The notes below the pieces were generated by a model that was not told where the DNA came from, made no database searches, and saw nothing but the letters and a program-made list of their open reading frames with translations. The position numbers and the translations under genes were made by a program. Positions 36,849 through 45,778 of a DNA stretch of 64,000 bases are shown one piece after another (position 1 is the first letter of the stretch; every line of letters starts with the position of its first letter). The DNA is taken from positions 124,001-188,000 of IMG/VR virus record IMGVR_UViG_3300024502_000010; one strand, 5' to 3'.

Positions 36849-37841
36849 TTAATTTCTCCAATAATCGTAAATGTCTTTAGTAACTTCATATTCCATACTC
36901 TTCACTTTTCTATTCGGTTGCTTCATAGCCCAGATAAACATACTTTCAATTAGTTCTTCAAGTTTTGTTTCATCCCTGAATTCTAACATACTTTTTGCTT
37001 TTGTATGATCACAATATGCGTGCTTAACTTCATGTCTTGGTTCACCATGTTCAATAGGAACTTCATATCCATATTTCTTACCAATCTTCTGTACGGTTTC
37101 AGCAACCTCATTCAAAGTAAAATGTTTATCGGCACCAATATTAAAAATTTCTCCATCATATTCTGTAAGAAGTTTATCAAATGGTTCCATATAATATTTG
37201 ATATCGGAGAAAGCACGAGTCTGTTCCCCATCACCATAAACAAGAATTGGTTGACCATTCAAAGTTTTGCGAATGAAAATACCAATCACATTTCGATAAC
37301 GGTCCCAAATGTTTTGGTAAATTCCAAGAACATTATGAGGACGAACAATATTGTATCGAAGTCCAAACTGTTCGTGAGCTAATTTTAAATCACACTCGAC
37401 AGCATACTTAGCAATACCATATGGGTCAATTGGTTGAGGACGCTTATCTTCAGTGAATGGTGGTTCTTGCTCACCATAGACTGCCATACTAGAGGTGAAA
37501 ATCATTTTAGTATCGTGCTTGATACATTCATTAATTAAATTGGCAGAACAAATAAGATTGTTTCTATAGTTATAGTTTCGAATAAAAGGTGATAGTCCTT
37601 CAGCAGCATATGCAGCAAAATGCAAAAGGACATCTGGTTTATGTTCTTCGAACAATTCAACTACTTTTTTTCTCCTTTCAAGATCAAATTTTGCAAATGT
37701 AAAATTTTCTGCCTTTGGAAGAAACGCTTTATATCCACCAGAAAGATCATCAATACCTATTACCTTATGACCGTTCGCTAAAAGATGTCGAGTATAATTG
37801 GACCCAAGGAGTCCCGCGCATCCAGTAACAAATATCTTCAT
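36849..37841 (-). CDS. NAD-dependent epimerase/dehydratase
   Basis: TGCAGLLG, SSMAVYG, YGIAK and RPHNV motifs. Confidence 0.9.
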   Translation of the reverse strand: MKIFVTGCAGLLGSNYTRHLLANGHKVIGIDDLSGGYKAFLPKAENFTFAKFDLERRKKVVELFEEHKPDVLLHFAAYAAEGLSPFIRNYNYRNNLICSANLINECIKHDTKMIFTSSMAVYGEQEPPFTEDKRPQPIDPYGIAKYAVECDLKLAHEQFGLRYNIVRPHNVLGIYQNIWDRYRNVIGIFIRKTLNGQPILVYGDGEQTRAFSDIKYYMEPFDKLLTEYDGEIFNIGADKHFTLNEVAETVQKIGKKYGYEVPIEHGEPRHEVKHAYCDHTKAKSMLEFRDETKLEELIESMFIWAMKQPNRKVKSMEYEVTKDIYDYWRN

Positions 37842-38689
37842 AGATAATCTCCTTTCATTGCTTCAAATACTTTAGCAATACCTTGATCAATTGTGGTTTT
37901 AGGGGTCCACCATTTCATCAAATAGGTATCTGGTCTATTTCTTTTATCCATCTGTACACTATCTTTTTGATCAGATGGTTGAACTTTTACATCATACTTT
38001 CCGATCAAATTAAATTGTCCACAAATAATACTTGCAATGTCAATGATTTTTGTTGACTTAAAGCTTGTAATATGAAGATTATCTTCTGAGGTAAATTCAT
38101 TATAGTTTTCCATAATTGCCTCAAGTGCTTCGCAGCAGTCTTCAGCATATAGAAACTCCCGTTCTTCCTGACCATCAGTAAGCATATCAATTGCACCAGT
38201 CTCAAATCCTTTACGGATGAAGTCTGTGATAACATGTGCTTTGTCATGGTCCTTTTCGATACCATATACATTCCAGAACTTAACAATAAGTCCATTAAGA
38301 GATTTGGTATAAAGTTCTCCAACATTTTTGAGTACCCCATATGGAGAGTAACTCATGTTGCTCATTTGAGATGATGCAAATACAAATCTCTTATTATACT
38401 TTTTAAGAAGTCCAAATGCATTTGCCATCAAGCGAGCGTTATTATCAATGAACTGGAAAGTATGTTGATACTTCTTCAGGTAACGAGACCCACCAACATC
38501 AAATGCAAGAAAGAATACAAAGTCTGCAGTCTCAATTGCATTCTCAAGATATTGATTCGGTATCACAGTCATATCATGATTGGGTGTTTCCACCTTATCA
38601 AAGTCAATAACAGTATGACCTTTTTCTCGAAGATACTCCGAAAGGTAGGCACCAATTTGCCCACTGGAACCAAGAATAGTAATTTTCAT
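37838..38689 (-). CDS. NAD-dependent epimerase/dehydratase
   Basis: GSSGQIG, YGVLK, WNVYG and REFLY motifs. Confidence 0.85.
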   Translation of the reverse strand: MKITILGSSGQIGAYLSEYLREKGHTVIDFDKVETPNHDMTVIPNQYLENAIETADFVFFLAFDVGGSRYLKKYQHTFQFIDNNARLMANAFGLLKKYNKRFVFASSQMSNMSYSPYGVLKNVGELYTKSLNGLIVKFWNVYGIEKDHDKAHVITDFIRKGFETGAIDMLTDGQEEREFLYAEDCCEALEAIMENYNEFTSEDNLHITSFKSTKIIDIASIICGQFNLIGKYDVKVQPSDQKDSVQMDKRNRPDTYLMKWWTPKTTIDQGIAKVFEAMKGDYL

Positions 38690-39429
38690 TCTACATCAAC
38701 CATAACTTCATGAGATTCAAATGTATAATCATCCGAATACTTATCTATGTCTTCTATTAGAGTGTTCATATATCGCGTATCTTCAACCATCATATCTCTT
38801 GTCGGTTGAAGAATCATCTGATATTTTTTAAAATTATTTTCTACCAAATATTCATCTAACTCACCACCAGTATTTGCATTTTCATAGTCATCAGATTCAT
38901 CATATTCAGAATCAATGAAGACGACATTTTTAATGTGGTCACCAAGACTCTTAATAACATTAAGATCGTTACCCTGCGTGTCAGTTTTTAAGACTTCTAC
39001 TACATCATAATCAATATTATCCAATATAGACTTTAAAGAAATGACATCCACATTATACACATTTTCTGTAGAATTCTCAAACCTACCCTTTGGTTTGAGT
39101 AGTGAAGAACATCCTGGATTATTTGGCCAAACATCCCAACCAAATCCATAAAATTCTTTTGTAGTTGGTTCTTCAACATTATCAATTGCAGCTTCGATAA
39201 GATAGAATCTATCTCCACCTCTTGTTCTAACTAAAAGTTCCTTTAGGGAAGAACAATTTTCTGGGTGGGGTTCAATACCAATAACAAAAACATCATCAAT
39301 AAAATTAATCCATCGTTTAGATCTTCCCATATCACAGGAAAGACCCACATCAATTCTAAGTTTTAGTCCAGATTTAAGTTTTTGATTAATATAATCAAAG
39401 TCGATATCCAAATCATTCTTTACTGTCAC
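38686..39429 (-). CDS. FkbM-family methyltransferase
   Basis: IDVG, GIEPHP and LKTDTQG.D motifs. Confidence 0.75.
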   Translation of the reverse strand: MTVKNDLDIDFDYINQKLKSGLKLRIDVGLSCDMGRSKRWINFIDDVFVIGIEPHPENCSSLKELLVRTRGGDRFYLIEAAIDNVEEPTTKEFYGFGWDVWPNNPGCSSLLKPKGRFENSTENVYNVDVISLKSILDNIDYDVVEVLKTDTQGNDLNVIKSLGDHIKNVVFIDSEYDESDDYENANTGGELDEYLVENNFKKYQMILQPTRDMMVEDTRYMNTLIEDIDKYSDDYTFESHEVMVDVE

Positions 39430-40525
39430 CTTTCACCTCTTCCACCTTTTTCATTTGCGTATTAATCCACTCATAAGTCTTGCGGATACCTTCTTCCAGA
39501 GTCTGTGAATAATCCCAACCAAGTTTTTCGCGAATCAAATCATTATTTGAATTGCGTCCACGAACTCCAAGAGGACCATCAATATGATTCTTCTCTACGA
39601 CTTTACCTGCAACTTTAGCAGCAGTATCTACGAGTTGATTAATGGTTACCATTTCTTCGGAACCAATATTAACAGGTCCGATGAAATCACTATTCATCAT
39701 TCTGCGGGTTGCTTCGATGCATTCATCAATATACAGGAAGGAACGAGTTTGTAGCCCGTCTCCCCACACCTCGATGGTTCCACCTTCCTCTGAAAGGTAG
39801 GCAACTTTACGACAGATTGCTGCGGGTGCTTTTTCTCTACCACCAGTCCAGGTTCCTTCAGGTCCAAAGATATTATGATACCTAGCAACCCGCACAGGAA
39901 TACCATAGTTGCGGTGATAAGCGAAGAAGAGTCTCTCTGAGAAGAGTTTTTCCCAACCATACTCGGAATCTGGGTTAGCAGGATAAGCGGACTCTTCACG
40001 ACAATCGGGATTGTCTGGATCTAATTGATTATGTTCTGGATACATACAAGCAGATCCAGAATAGAAAATTTTAGTTTTATAATCTAATACTGGGCGAACA
40101 CAAGCGGTGCCATTATCAACACCATCAAAAGTTTCATTCAATTGACGCTGTGCTTCAAGAACATTTAAGTTGATGGTTGCAGAGTTGTGCATAATATCAG
40201 CATCATTTTCTCCAGTGAAAACAAATCCTGCACCGCCCATATCAGCAGCGAACTGATAGATTTCATGGAAGGGTAGAATATATCGATAAGGAACTGAGTT
40301 ATAAAAGTTTCCTTGCTCTCCTTTAAATTCAAGAACACGGCGAACAAAGTTCATATCCCTCAGGTCTCCCTGAATGAATTCATCTGCTTCAGAAATTGAA
40401 AATTCTGGATACTTGAGGTCTACACCACGCACCCAATAACCTTCAGACTTTAATCTTCTTACCATATGACTTCCAATAAAGCCACCAGCACCTAACACAA
40501 GTGCCGTTTTCTTGTACTCACTCAT
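39413..40525 (-). CDS. GDP-mannose 3,5-epimerase-like NAD-dependent epimerase
   Basis: GAGGFIG, QFAADMGG.G, YGWEK, RYHNIFGP and GGREKAPAA motifs; start at MSEYKK. Confidence 0.9.
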   Translation of the reverse strand: MSEYKKTALVLGAGGFIGSHMVRRLKSEGYWVRGVDLKYPEFSISEADEFIQGDLRDMNFVRRVLEFKGEQGNFYNSVPYRYILPFHEIYQFAADMGGAGFVFTGENDADIMHNSATINLNVLEAQRQLNETFDGVDNGTACVRPVLDYKTKIFYSGSACMYPEHNQLDPDNPDCREESAYPANPDSEYGWEKLFSERLFFAYHRNYGIPVRVARYHNIFGPEGTWTGGREKAPAAICRKVAYLSEEGGTIEVWGDGLQTRSFLYIDECIEATRRMMNSDFIGPVNIGSEEMVTINQLVDTAAKVAGKVVEKNHIDGPLGVRGRNSNNDLIREKLGWDYSQTLEEGIRKTYEWINTQMKKVEEVKGDSKE

Positions 40526-40560
40526 AGACCAATAAATTTCTCTTAGTATATAGTATACAA

Positions 40561-40589
40561 AAAAAGAGGAGTTTATGCAACTCCTCTTA
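40561..40589 (-). terminator. terminator hairpin after the wcaG-type RNA
   Basis: AAGAGGAGT-TGCATAA-ACTCCTCTT followed by a T-run. Confidence 0.75.
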
Positions 40590-40596
40590 TGTAACT

Positions 40597-40692
40597 CAGG
40601 CTCGCCACTTGCCCTTTGACTGGAGGCAAGAAACCAGGCGGGAGAGAGTCCCATCCGCACCAATTGCCCTTGAGAGAGGCAATAAACTCATA
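40597..40692 (-). ncRNA. wcaG-type RNA: tandem pseudoknot modules each ending in UGGYG
   Basis: UGAG/CUCA with AUUGCC/GGCAAU then UGGUG; CUGG/CCAG with CUUGCC/GGCAAG then UGGCG; upstream of an NDP-sugar epimerase. Confidence 0.7.
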
Positions 40693-40724
40693 ATAGGGTC
40701 ATTTTGACTCCACCAGTATAAGTT

Positions 40725-40961
40725 TTAAGTCGTTCCAGGACTAAAGAAAAGTTGGGTTAACTTTGATATCTCGGTAATACCAAAGAATGCACATAAGAAT
40801 AGTACATCCCAAAGTTTAAGTTTAATAGCAAAGGGTACTGTGAGTAATCCTCCAACAACCTTTATCATTAAACCATATTTAAATTCTCCCCATAGCATAG
40901 TTTGATAACCAATTATGAGGAGAATGTTTCCAATCCAACGAAGTAGATCAGATTTTGCCAT
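40725..40961 (-). CDS. small multi-TM membrane protein
   Basis: ORF track; three hydrophobic segments. Confidence 0.7.
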   Translation of the reverse strand: MAKSDLLRWIGNILLIIGYQTMLWGEFKYGLMIKVVGGLLTVPFAIKLKLWDVLFLCAFFGITEISKLTQLFFSPGTT

Positions 40962-40989
40962 AAGGGGTTGCTCCCGACCAGTGCGCTTT

Positions 40990-41646
40990 TTAAGTCATCC
41001 CGGGACTTTCACCCATCATTGGACCATGCATATACTTGAGATTAAAAGTCATAACATATCTATCAAAATCAGAATTGCTTTCTTCTGTTTTGTGATTTAC
41101 CCATCCAGGAAAGATTACAAGTTCATTTGTTTTAACAGGAACTTCAATCCAAGGATACTGATATTTTACTTGTTTAGAGAAAGCAGATTCTACGACATCA
41201 TTTGCCCTATGATATTCTAATGGATCTCTTATCAAGAGATTTCCACTATTTGGTGGACAATGAAGGTAAGAACTAACAACAATATCAACAAATTGATGCT
41301 TGTGTTCTACAGTTCTTCCCCCTTTAGAATGACGATTAATCCAAGAATTTGCTACTTCAATTGGTTGATTGGAGAGACCAAATTCTTTGAGAATGTAAGG
41401 CATATTTGCATTCAAAAATTGAATGTATTTCCTATTCTCTGTCCAAGTATGAGGTTGCCCATTGATATTATGTATAACAGTAGATGTTGCTTCTCCTTTT
41501 TCTAAGGGTACTTGTTCTTTTTGATTTTTAGAATAGTCTACTGTCTCATCCGCTTTTGCTTTTAGACTATATTCGAAATTAAAATCGTAATAAAGTTTAA
41601 TAGCTACTTCGGAACAAATTTTTATTCGTTCAATATGATTTAACAT
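40990..41646 (-). CDS. putative 2OG-Fe(II) oxygenase (TIGR02466-like)
   Basis: SW.N....G.....H.H, SSY and LVIFPGWVNH...R.VMTFN motifs. Confidence 0.8.
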   Translation of the reverse strand: MLNHIERIKICSEVAIKLYYDFNFEYSLKAKADETVDYSKNQKEQVPLEKGEATSTVIHNINGQPHTWTENRKYIQFLNANMPYILKEFGLSNQPIEVANSWINRHSKGGRTVEHKHQFVDIVVSSYLHCPPNSGNLLIRDPLEYHRANDVVESAFSKQVKYQYPWIEVPVKTNELVIFPGWVNHKTEESNSDFDRYVMTFNLKYMHGPMMGESPGMT

Positions 41647-41651
41647 TTTAA

Positions 41652-41900
41652 TTAATCTTCATCGTCTTTCACATAACAAGGAACACGGTCTGGGTCCAAC
41701 CATTTAGCATATTCAATATCCTCCATTGCAGTAGAGCATTGTAGAACATTATCAAAAAGATAAATGTCATTCCAGCGTTTGGTGTACTCATTTTGTTTTT
41801 GGAGACGGTAATCGGGTTTACCGTTAATCTCAAGAATACCAACTTCTACGAAGCGATATCCTTCTCGTTCCAAAAGAACCTTAGGAAGTCGTGTTGTCAT
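41652..41900 (-). CDS. hypothetical protein
   Basis: ORF track. Confidence 0.75.
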   Translation of the reverse strand: MTTRLPKVLLEREGYRFVEVGILEINGKPDYRLQKQNEYTKRWNDIYLFDNVLQCSTAMEDIEYAKWLDPDRVPCYVKDDED

Positions 41901-42112
41901 GCAACTTCAACGGATTCAAGATCAGCAAGAACATATTCCATAAGCATCTCATAATCATCCAGTGGATCACCAGAGAATACTACACCCTCATTCTCATAAA
42001 AACGACGAACCTTTTTATAGAGTTTAGGATTCTTTACATCAAGGTAGAAGTCACCGTTTGCTGCACCACGAAGGGTTTGAACGTCTTTCTTGAATTTTGC
42101 TGTGAGAGTCAT
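41897..42112 (-). CDS. hypothetical protein
   Basis: ORF track; early promoter TTGACA-N18-TATAAT upstream. Confidence 0.75.
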   Translation of the reverse strand: MTLTAKFKKDVQTLRGAANGDFYLDVKNPKLYKKVRRFYENEGVVFSGDPLDDYEMLMEYVLADLESVEVA

Positions 42113-42165
42113 TGTTTTGAATGTTGACCTTAGTATTATAAGGGTTTGACAGGTAATCTGTCAAG

Positions 42166-42238
42166 TGCTCCTTGCGTGGATCGAACACGCCTCAGGCGAA
42201 TTATGAGTTCGCTGCATTCACCAGATTGCTAAAGGAGC
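42166..42238 (-). tRNA. tRNA with CAU anticodon (Met or Ile2)
   Basis: GCUCCUU/AAGGAGC acceptor; GCGAA-CUCAUAA-UUCGC; UUCGAUC T-loop. Confidence 0.85.
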
Positions 42239-42242
42239 AAGG

Positions 42243-42330
42243 TACGAGTGGGTGGATTCGAACCACCTCAAAGCCGCTAATCTGGCGGAAAGAGTTTATA
42301 AGACTCCTCTGACTACCAAGTCTCACTCGC
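42243..42330 (-). tRNA. tRNA-Ile(UAU) with long variable arm
   Basis: GCGAGUG/CACUCGU; GGAGU-CUUAUAA-ACUCU; variable arm CCGC/GCGG; UUCGAAU T-loop. Confidence 0.8.
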
Positions 42331-42369
42331 TTAAATTCAGGTCTATTATAGAGGACCTGAAACTCTGTG

Positions 42370-42600
42370 TCAACAACCTTCTTCGTGGTCGGTATGTATT
42401 CGTATCACATCGTCGTCCACTTTAGATTCTACTGCAAACTTTATGGTTTCGTTGTATGGAACTATCACTGCGTTTCTTTCTCCGTCAGTAATGACAAATG
42501 ATTCACCATTTTCTACTCTTTCTATTAGGTTGTCAAAATCTTCTTGAAACTCTTGAACTGTAAACTTTTGGAGATCTGAAAGTTCTGGATACATTTTCAT
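42370..42600 (-). CDS. Phd/YefM-like small protein
   Basis: FTVQEFQEDFDNLIERVENGESFVITD...AVIVP pattern. Confidence 0.55.
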   Translation of the reverse strand: MKMYPELSDLQKFTVQEFQEDFDNLIERVENGESFVITDGERNAVIVPYNETIKFAVESKVDDDVIRIHTDHEEGC

Positions 42601-42618
42601 AAAGTGAAGTTTTATGAG

Positions 42619-42694
42619 TCCGGATATTCAGATTTGAACTGAAATTATTCCTGCTCCCAAAGCAGGTGCCATGACCAAGTTAGGCGATATCCGG
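42619..42694 (-). tRNA. tRNA-Pro(UGG)
   Basis: CCUGC-UUUGGGA-GCAGG anticodon arm; UUCAAAU T-loop. Confidence 0.9.
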
Positions 42695-42811
42695 TTATTT
42701 GTTTTTATGTATAAACATAATACCAGCGAATGGTACGATTGTCAACCCACATCCACAAAGAAAAAGAAAGAAAGGACTTGCTGCTAGGGTTTCAACCAAG
42801 TGGAAAATCAT
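42695..42811 (-). CDS. 38-aa membrane peptide (MIFHLVETLAASPFFLFLCGCGLTIVPFAGIMFIHKNK)
   Basis: ORF read by hand; SD GAGGA; ATGA overlap. Confidence 0.55.
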   Translation of the reverse strand: MIFHLVETLAASPFFLFLCGCGLTIVPFAGIMFIHKNK

Positions 42812-43092
42812 CTTCCTCTCCAGTTCTTGTATTCATAATACATGTATTGGTCTGCTTCGTCAAGCCCCTGTAAAGGAGCTTGACAATCCCAATATGACCA
42901 TTCAATACAGAACTGTTTAATATGTATATCATTAGAAGCAGTTTTTACTCCATACATTCTTGAAAAGGCAGACATTGCAAACCAATATCTCTGCCTAATG
43001 TGCGGTTCCATTTCCCTTATAGTCTTTGGAGTCATAGTATCCGCCTCTTGTTCCGAAATAGAGTGTAGATAATACAAATGGAATAGCAACAA
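42808..43092 (-). CDS. hypothetical protein
   Basis: ORF track; true start probably MTPKTIRE. Confidence 0.65.
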   Translation of the reverse strand: MLLFHLYYLHSISEQEADTMTPKTIREMEPHIRQRYWFAMSAFSRMYGVKTASNDIHIKQFCIEWSYWDCQAPLQGLDEADQYMYYEYKNWRGR

Positions 43093-43103
43093 AAATAAGT
43101 GCT

Positions 43104-44138
43104 TTACCTAACATGATGACCACCAAACATATAACGCATTCCGTTCAGGATTTTTGCTCCAAATGATCCGAGATTGCGTGAGTTAAATCTTTCAAATAGT
43201 GCCGTAGTAATAACAGGAGCGGGAACCCCCAAGTCCACAGCGGCAGAAACAGTCCAACGACCCTCACCGCTATCGGATACTCCTCCAGAGAAGCGTTTAA
43301 GGCTACCATCCCTGCGTAGCACATCAGCAGTAAGATCGAGTAACCAACTACCAACCACGCTACCGCGACGCCATAACTCAGCCACCTCAGCAACATCAAT
43401 GTCGTAACAATAACTTTCTGGGTCTGCCATAGGAGCAACTTCAGCATCTCCTTCTTTGACATACTGTGCTCCGTTATTTGCGTTCTTTAAGATATTAAAT
43501 CCTTCAGCATATGCCTGCATCATTCCATATTCAATTCCATTGTGAACCATCTTCACAAAATGTCCAGCACCAGGACCACCACAATGTAACCAACCAAACT
43601 CAGCAGAAGTTACATCCGAGTCATACTGAGTCCTGGGGGCAGCGTTGATTCCTGGGGCAAGGGCATCAAAAATCCTCGCACAAGTGGCGACCGCAGTATT
43701 TCCGCCACCAACCATAAGACAGTATCCACGATCCAAACCATAAACACCGCCGCTAGTACCACAATCAATATATTGGATACCAAGTTTTGCCAGACGCTCT
43801 GCTCTTTTCCGACTGTCTTTAAAATTGCTATTGCCATGATCAATAATAATATCTCCTTCACCACAATATCGTAGTAACTCATTGATCGTTTCCTCTACTG
43901 TTTCGGATGGAACAACCATTTGAAAAATACCTGGTTGTTGTCTACCGTTTTTATTTTGTTTAACTACTTTAACAAGGCTTTCAATATCAGTCGTAATTCC
44001 ATTAACAAATCCCTTTTCAAAAGCTTCGTTTGCTTTCTCATAATTTCTTCTATATCCCCAAACCTCTATACCCGATTTCATCATGCGGCGAGACATACCT
44101 TCGCCCATTCTTCCTAAACCGATTAATCCTACTTTCAT
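43104..44138 (-). CDS. gnd: 6-phosphogluconate dehydrogenase (decarboxylating)
   Basis: GLGRMG, DHGNS, DCGTSGG, GAGHFVKMVHNGIEY and DSGEGRW motifs. Confidence 0.96.
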   Translation of the reverse strand: MKVGLIGLGRMGEGMSRRMMKSGIEVWGYRRNYEKANEAFEKGFVNGITTDIESLVKVVKQNKNGRQQPGIFQMVVPSETVEETINELLRYCGEGDIIIDHGNSNFKDSRKRAERLAKLGIQYIDCGTSGGVYGLDRGYCLMVGGGNTAVATCARIFDALAPGINAAPRTQYDSDVTSAEFGWLHCGGPGAGHFVKMVHNGIEYGMMQAYAEGFNILKNANNGAQYVKEGDAEVAPMADPESYCYDIDVAEVAELWRRGSVVGSWLLDLTADVLRRDGSLKRFSGGVSDSGEGRWTVSAAVDLGVPAPVITTALFERFNSRNLGSFGAKILNGMRYMFGGHHVR

Positions 44139-44230
44139 AAAACCTCTGGATATGCGTGCGTAAGTCCCCAATATATAAAAAGTCCAATTGAACCAAACAA
44201 AGTCATTGAAGTGAATATTAACCTAATCAT
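44135..44230 (-). CDS. 31-aa membrane peptide (MIRLIFTSMTLFGSIGLFIYWGLTHAYPEVL)
   Basis: ORF read by hand; ATGA overlap with gnd. Confidence 0.5.
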   Translation of the reverse strand: MIRLIFTSMTLFGSIGLFIYWGLTHAYPEVL

Positions 44231-44513
44231 CTTCTTCGTCCTCATAGGTAGATGGTTCTTCAAAGAGTTCATCCATTTTTTGTTGTATAATTCTTTGTTG
44301 CAGTTCTTGCAAGTCTTCTTCGGTGAATTTAACCACTAGTAAAGGATCTCCTGCTTTAACGTCGTTTAATTCTGGATGTTTTACTTTTGGACTTTTAGAA
44401 TACCCATGATGAGCATTCATAATCATCCAACCCTGCACGAACATTGTAAGTGCAATCACCACAAGAACAAACCAAGGAACCAAGAAAATCAGTTCAGAGT
44501 GATTTTGAGCCAT
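44223..44513 (-). CDS. small membrane protein
   Basis: TM helix; HPE motif; acidic tail. Confidence 0.7.
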   Translation of the reverse strand: MAQNHSELIFLVPWFVLVVIALTMFVQGWMIMNAHHGYSKSPKVKHPELNDVKAGDPLLVVKFTEEDLQELQQRIIQQKMDELFEEPSTYEDEEDD

Positions 44514-44692
44514 GGAAGCAACGGAGGAATTACCCCTACAAGTCTCAAAAGTCCTTCAGCAAATAAAGCAAGAACCACCCAACCGACGCACATACTAATG
44601 ATAGAAGCATTACGGTTGTGTCGTCGTATTGCTGCATCGATCATCTCCTGAACTTCAGAACGTGTAATAAATTCGTCTTGTTCGTGCATCAT
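44489..44692 (-). CDS. small membrane protein
   Basis: ORF track; HNRNASIISM plus TM helix. Confidence 0.7.
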   Translation of the reverse strand: MMHEQDEFITRSEVQEMIDAAIRRHNRNASIISMCVGWVVLALFAEGLLRLVGVIPPLLPWLKITLN

Positions 44693-44838
44693 TTCTCGTC
44701 TCCAAGAAACTTTGCGAGAGGATCTTTTCGGGTTTTTAAAATCTCACATGCTCGATAATAAAACATATTATTAGTGTTGCCAGAGGCTTCAAAAGTTGCC
44801 TTGATCTTCACCCAATTATCATAGGTGTGCTGATCCAT
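44689..44838 (-). CDS. 49-aa hypothetical protein (MDQHTYDNWVKIKATFEASGNT...)
   Basis: ORF read by hand; SD AGGGA. Confidence 0.65.
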   Translation of the reverse strand: MDQHTYDNWVKIKATFEASGNTNNMFYYRACEILKTRKDPLAKFLGDEK

Positions 44839-44953
44839 AGGTTTGTCCCTGTGATACTATTATATACTAATCACAGACATTTCAAAGTCAATTTTTTGTG
44901 TTCATATCGTAACACTGTTGAAGAAAATATTAAATTTGTAACTTAACTTAAAA

Positions 44954-45038
44954 CGGAAAGGGTGGGATTCGAACCCACGGATGCTTTCACATCGCTAGTT
45001 TTCAAGACTAGAGCCTTCAACCACTCGACCACCTTTCC
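44954..45038 (-). tRNA. tRNA-Ser(UGA)
   Basis: CUAGU-CUUGAAA-ACUAG; long variable arm; G73. Confidence 0.95.
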
Positions 45039-45048
45039 AGTGGGAGGT

Positions 45049-45300
45049 TCAACGAACCTCAAAATCCAAACGCTTTACTTTGCGTTGGCGTCTTGCCTCT
45101 TGCCAGGCAATATCTTGTGAAGTCAGAACATTTGATTTTTGTTCTTTCTGAATAGAGTTTAACATAACAATACGAGATAAGTCAAGTGCTGAAATCTTAT
45201 CTCCACGAATTGTTGCCATATTAGGACAACCACAGGTCACTGTTTTTGAATGATGTCCTGTTATTTCTCTATTACAATCTTTGCATCTTATTGAAATCAT
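45049..45300 (-). CDS. small Cys-rich (zinc-ribbon-like) protein
   Basis: CKDC...CGCPN. Confidence 0.7.
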   Translation of the reverse strand: MISIRCKDCNREITGHHSKTVTCGCPNMATIRGDKISALDLSRIVMLNSIQKEQKSNVLTSQDIAWQEARRQRKVKRLDFEVR

Positions 45301-45315
45301 TATTCTTCATCCTAA

Positions 45316-45750
45316 TCATTGCAGGTGTGCTCTCAACTGCCAAACAAACTTACCATGAGATTCCATCAAATCTTGAACTAAATTTGCTGTAGCATATGAC
45401 TTTTGATTTTCAGACTCTTCCGAAATTTCTCCCATCAATTCACAAAACTTGGTATTGTTATCAAGAAGTTCTTGAAGCATTTCTTTTGCTCCGGTTGAAC
45501 TTGCTGCCTCTTTGATTTGAGTTACCTCAAGCATTCTTGAGAGAGAACTGAGAGGTTTTACATTCAGATAACGCATATGTTCTGAGAGACGATCAATCTC
45601 TTCAAACATAGTCTCATACTGACCACCAAAGAGTTGATGTAGTTGAGTGAAATCTTCACCTACAACATTCCAGTGAAATGCCCAAGTTTTATGGAATAAA
45701 ACAAAAAGCGATGACTGTGCATCACTCAAGAGTTTATAAAGTTTTTCCAT
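45316..45750 (-). CDS. dps: Dps/ferritin-like DNA protection protein
   Basis: HWNVVG..F..LH.LF..QY......D..SE and H.K..WQL motifs. Confidence 0.92.
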   Translation of the reverse strand: MEKLYKLLSDAQSSLFVLFHKTWAFHWNVVGEDFTQLHQLFGGQYETMFEEIDRLSEHMRYLNVKPLSSLSRMLEVTQIKEAASSTGAKEMLQELLDNNTKFCELMGEISEESENQKSYATANLVQDLMESHGKFVWQLRAHLQ

Positions 45751-45778
45751 TATACTCTTTTTGAAATATTTATGCAAA

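Noticed and set aside
44135-44230. petN (cytochrome b6f subunit) call for the 31-aa peptide
   Set aside because: Similar size and one late Trp-Gly, but it lacks the LGW and WGRNG motifs
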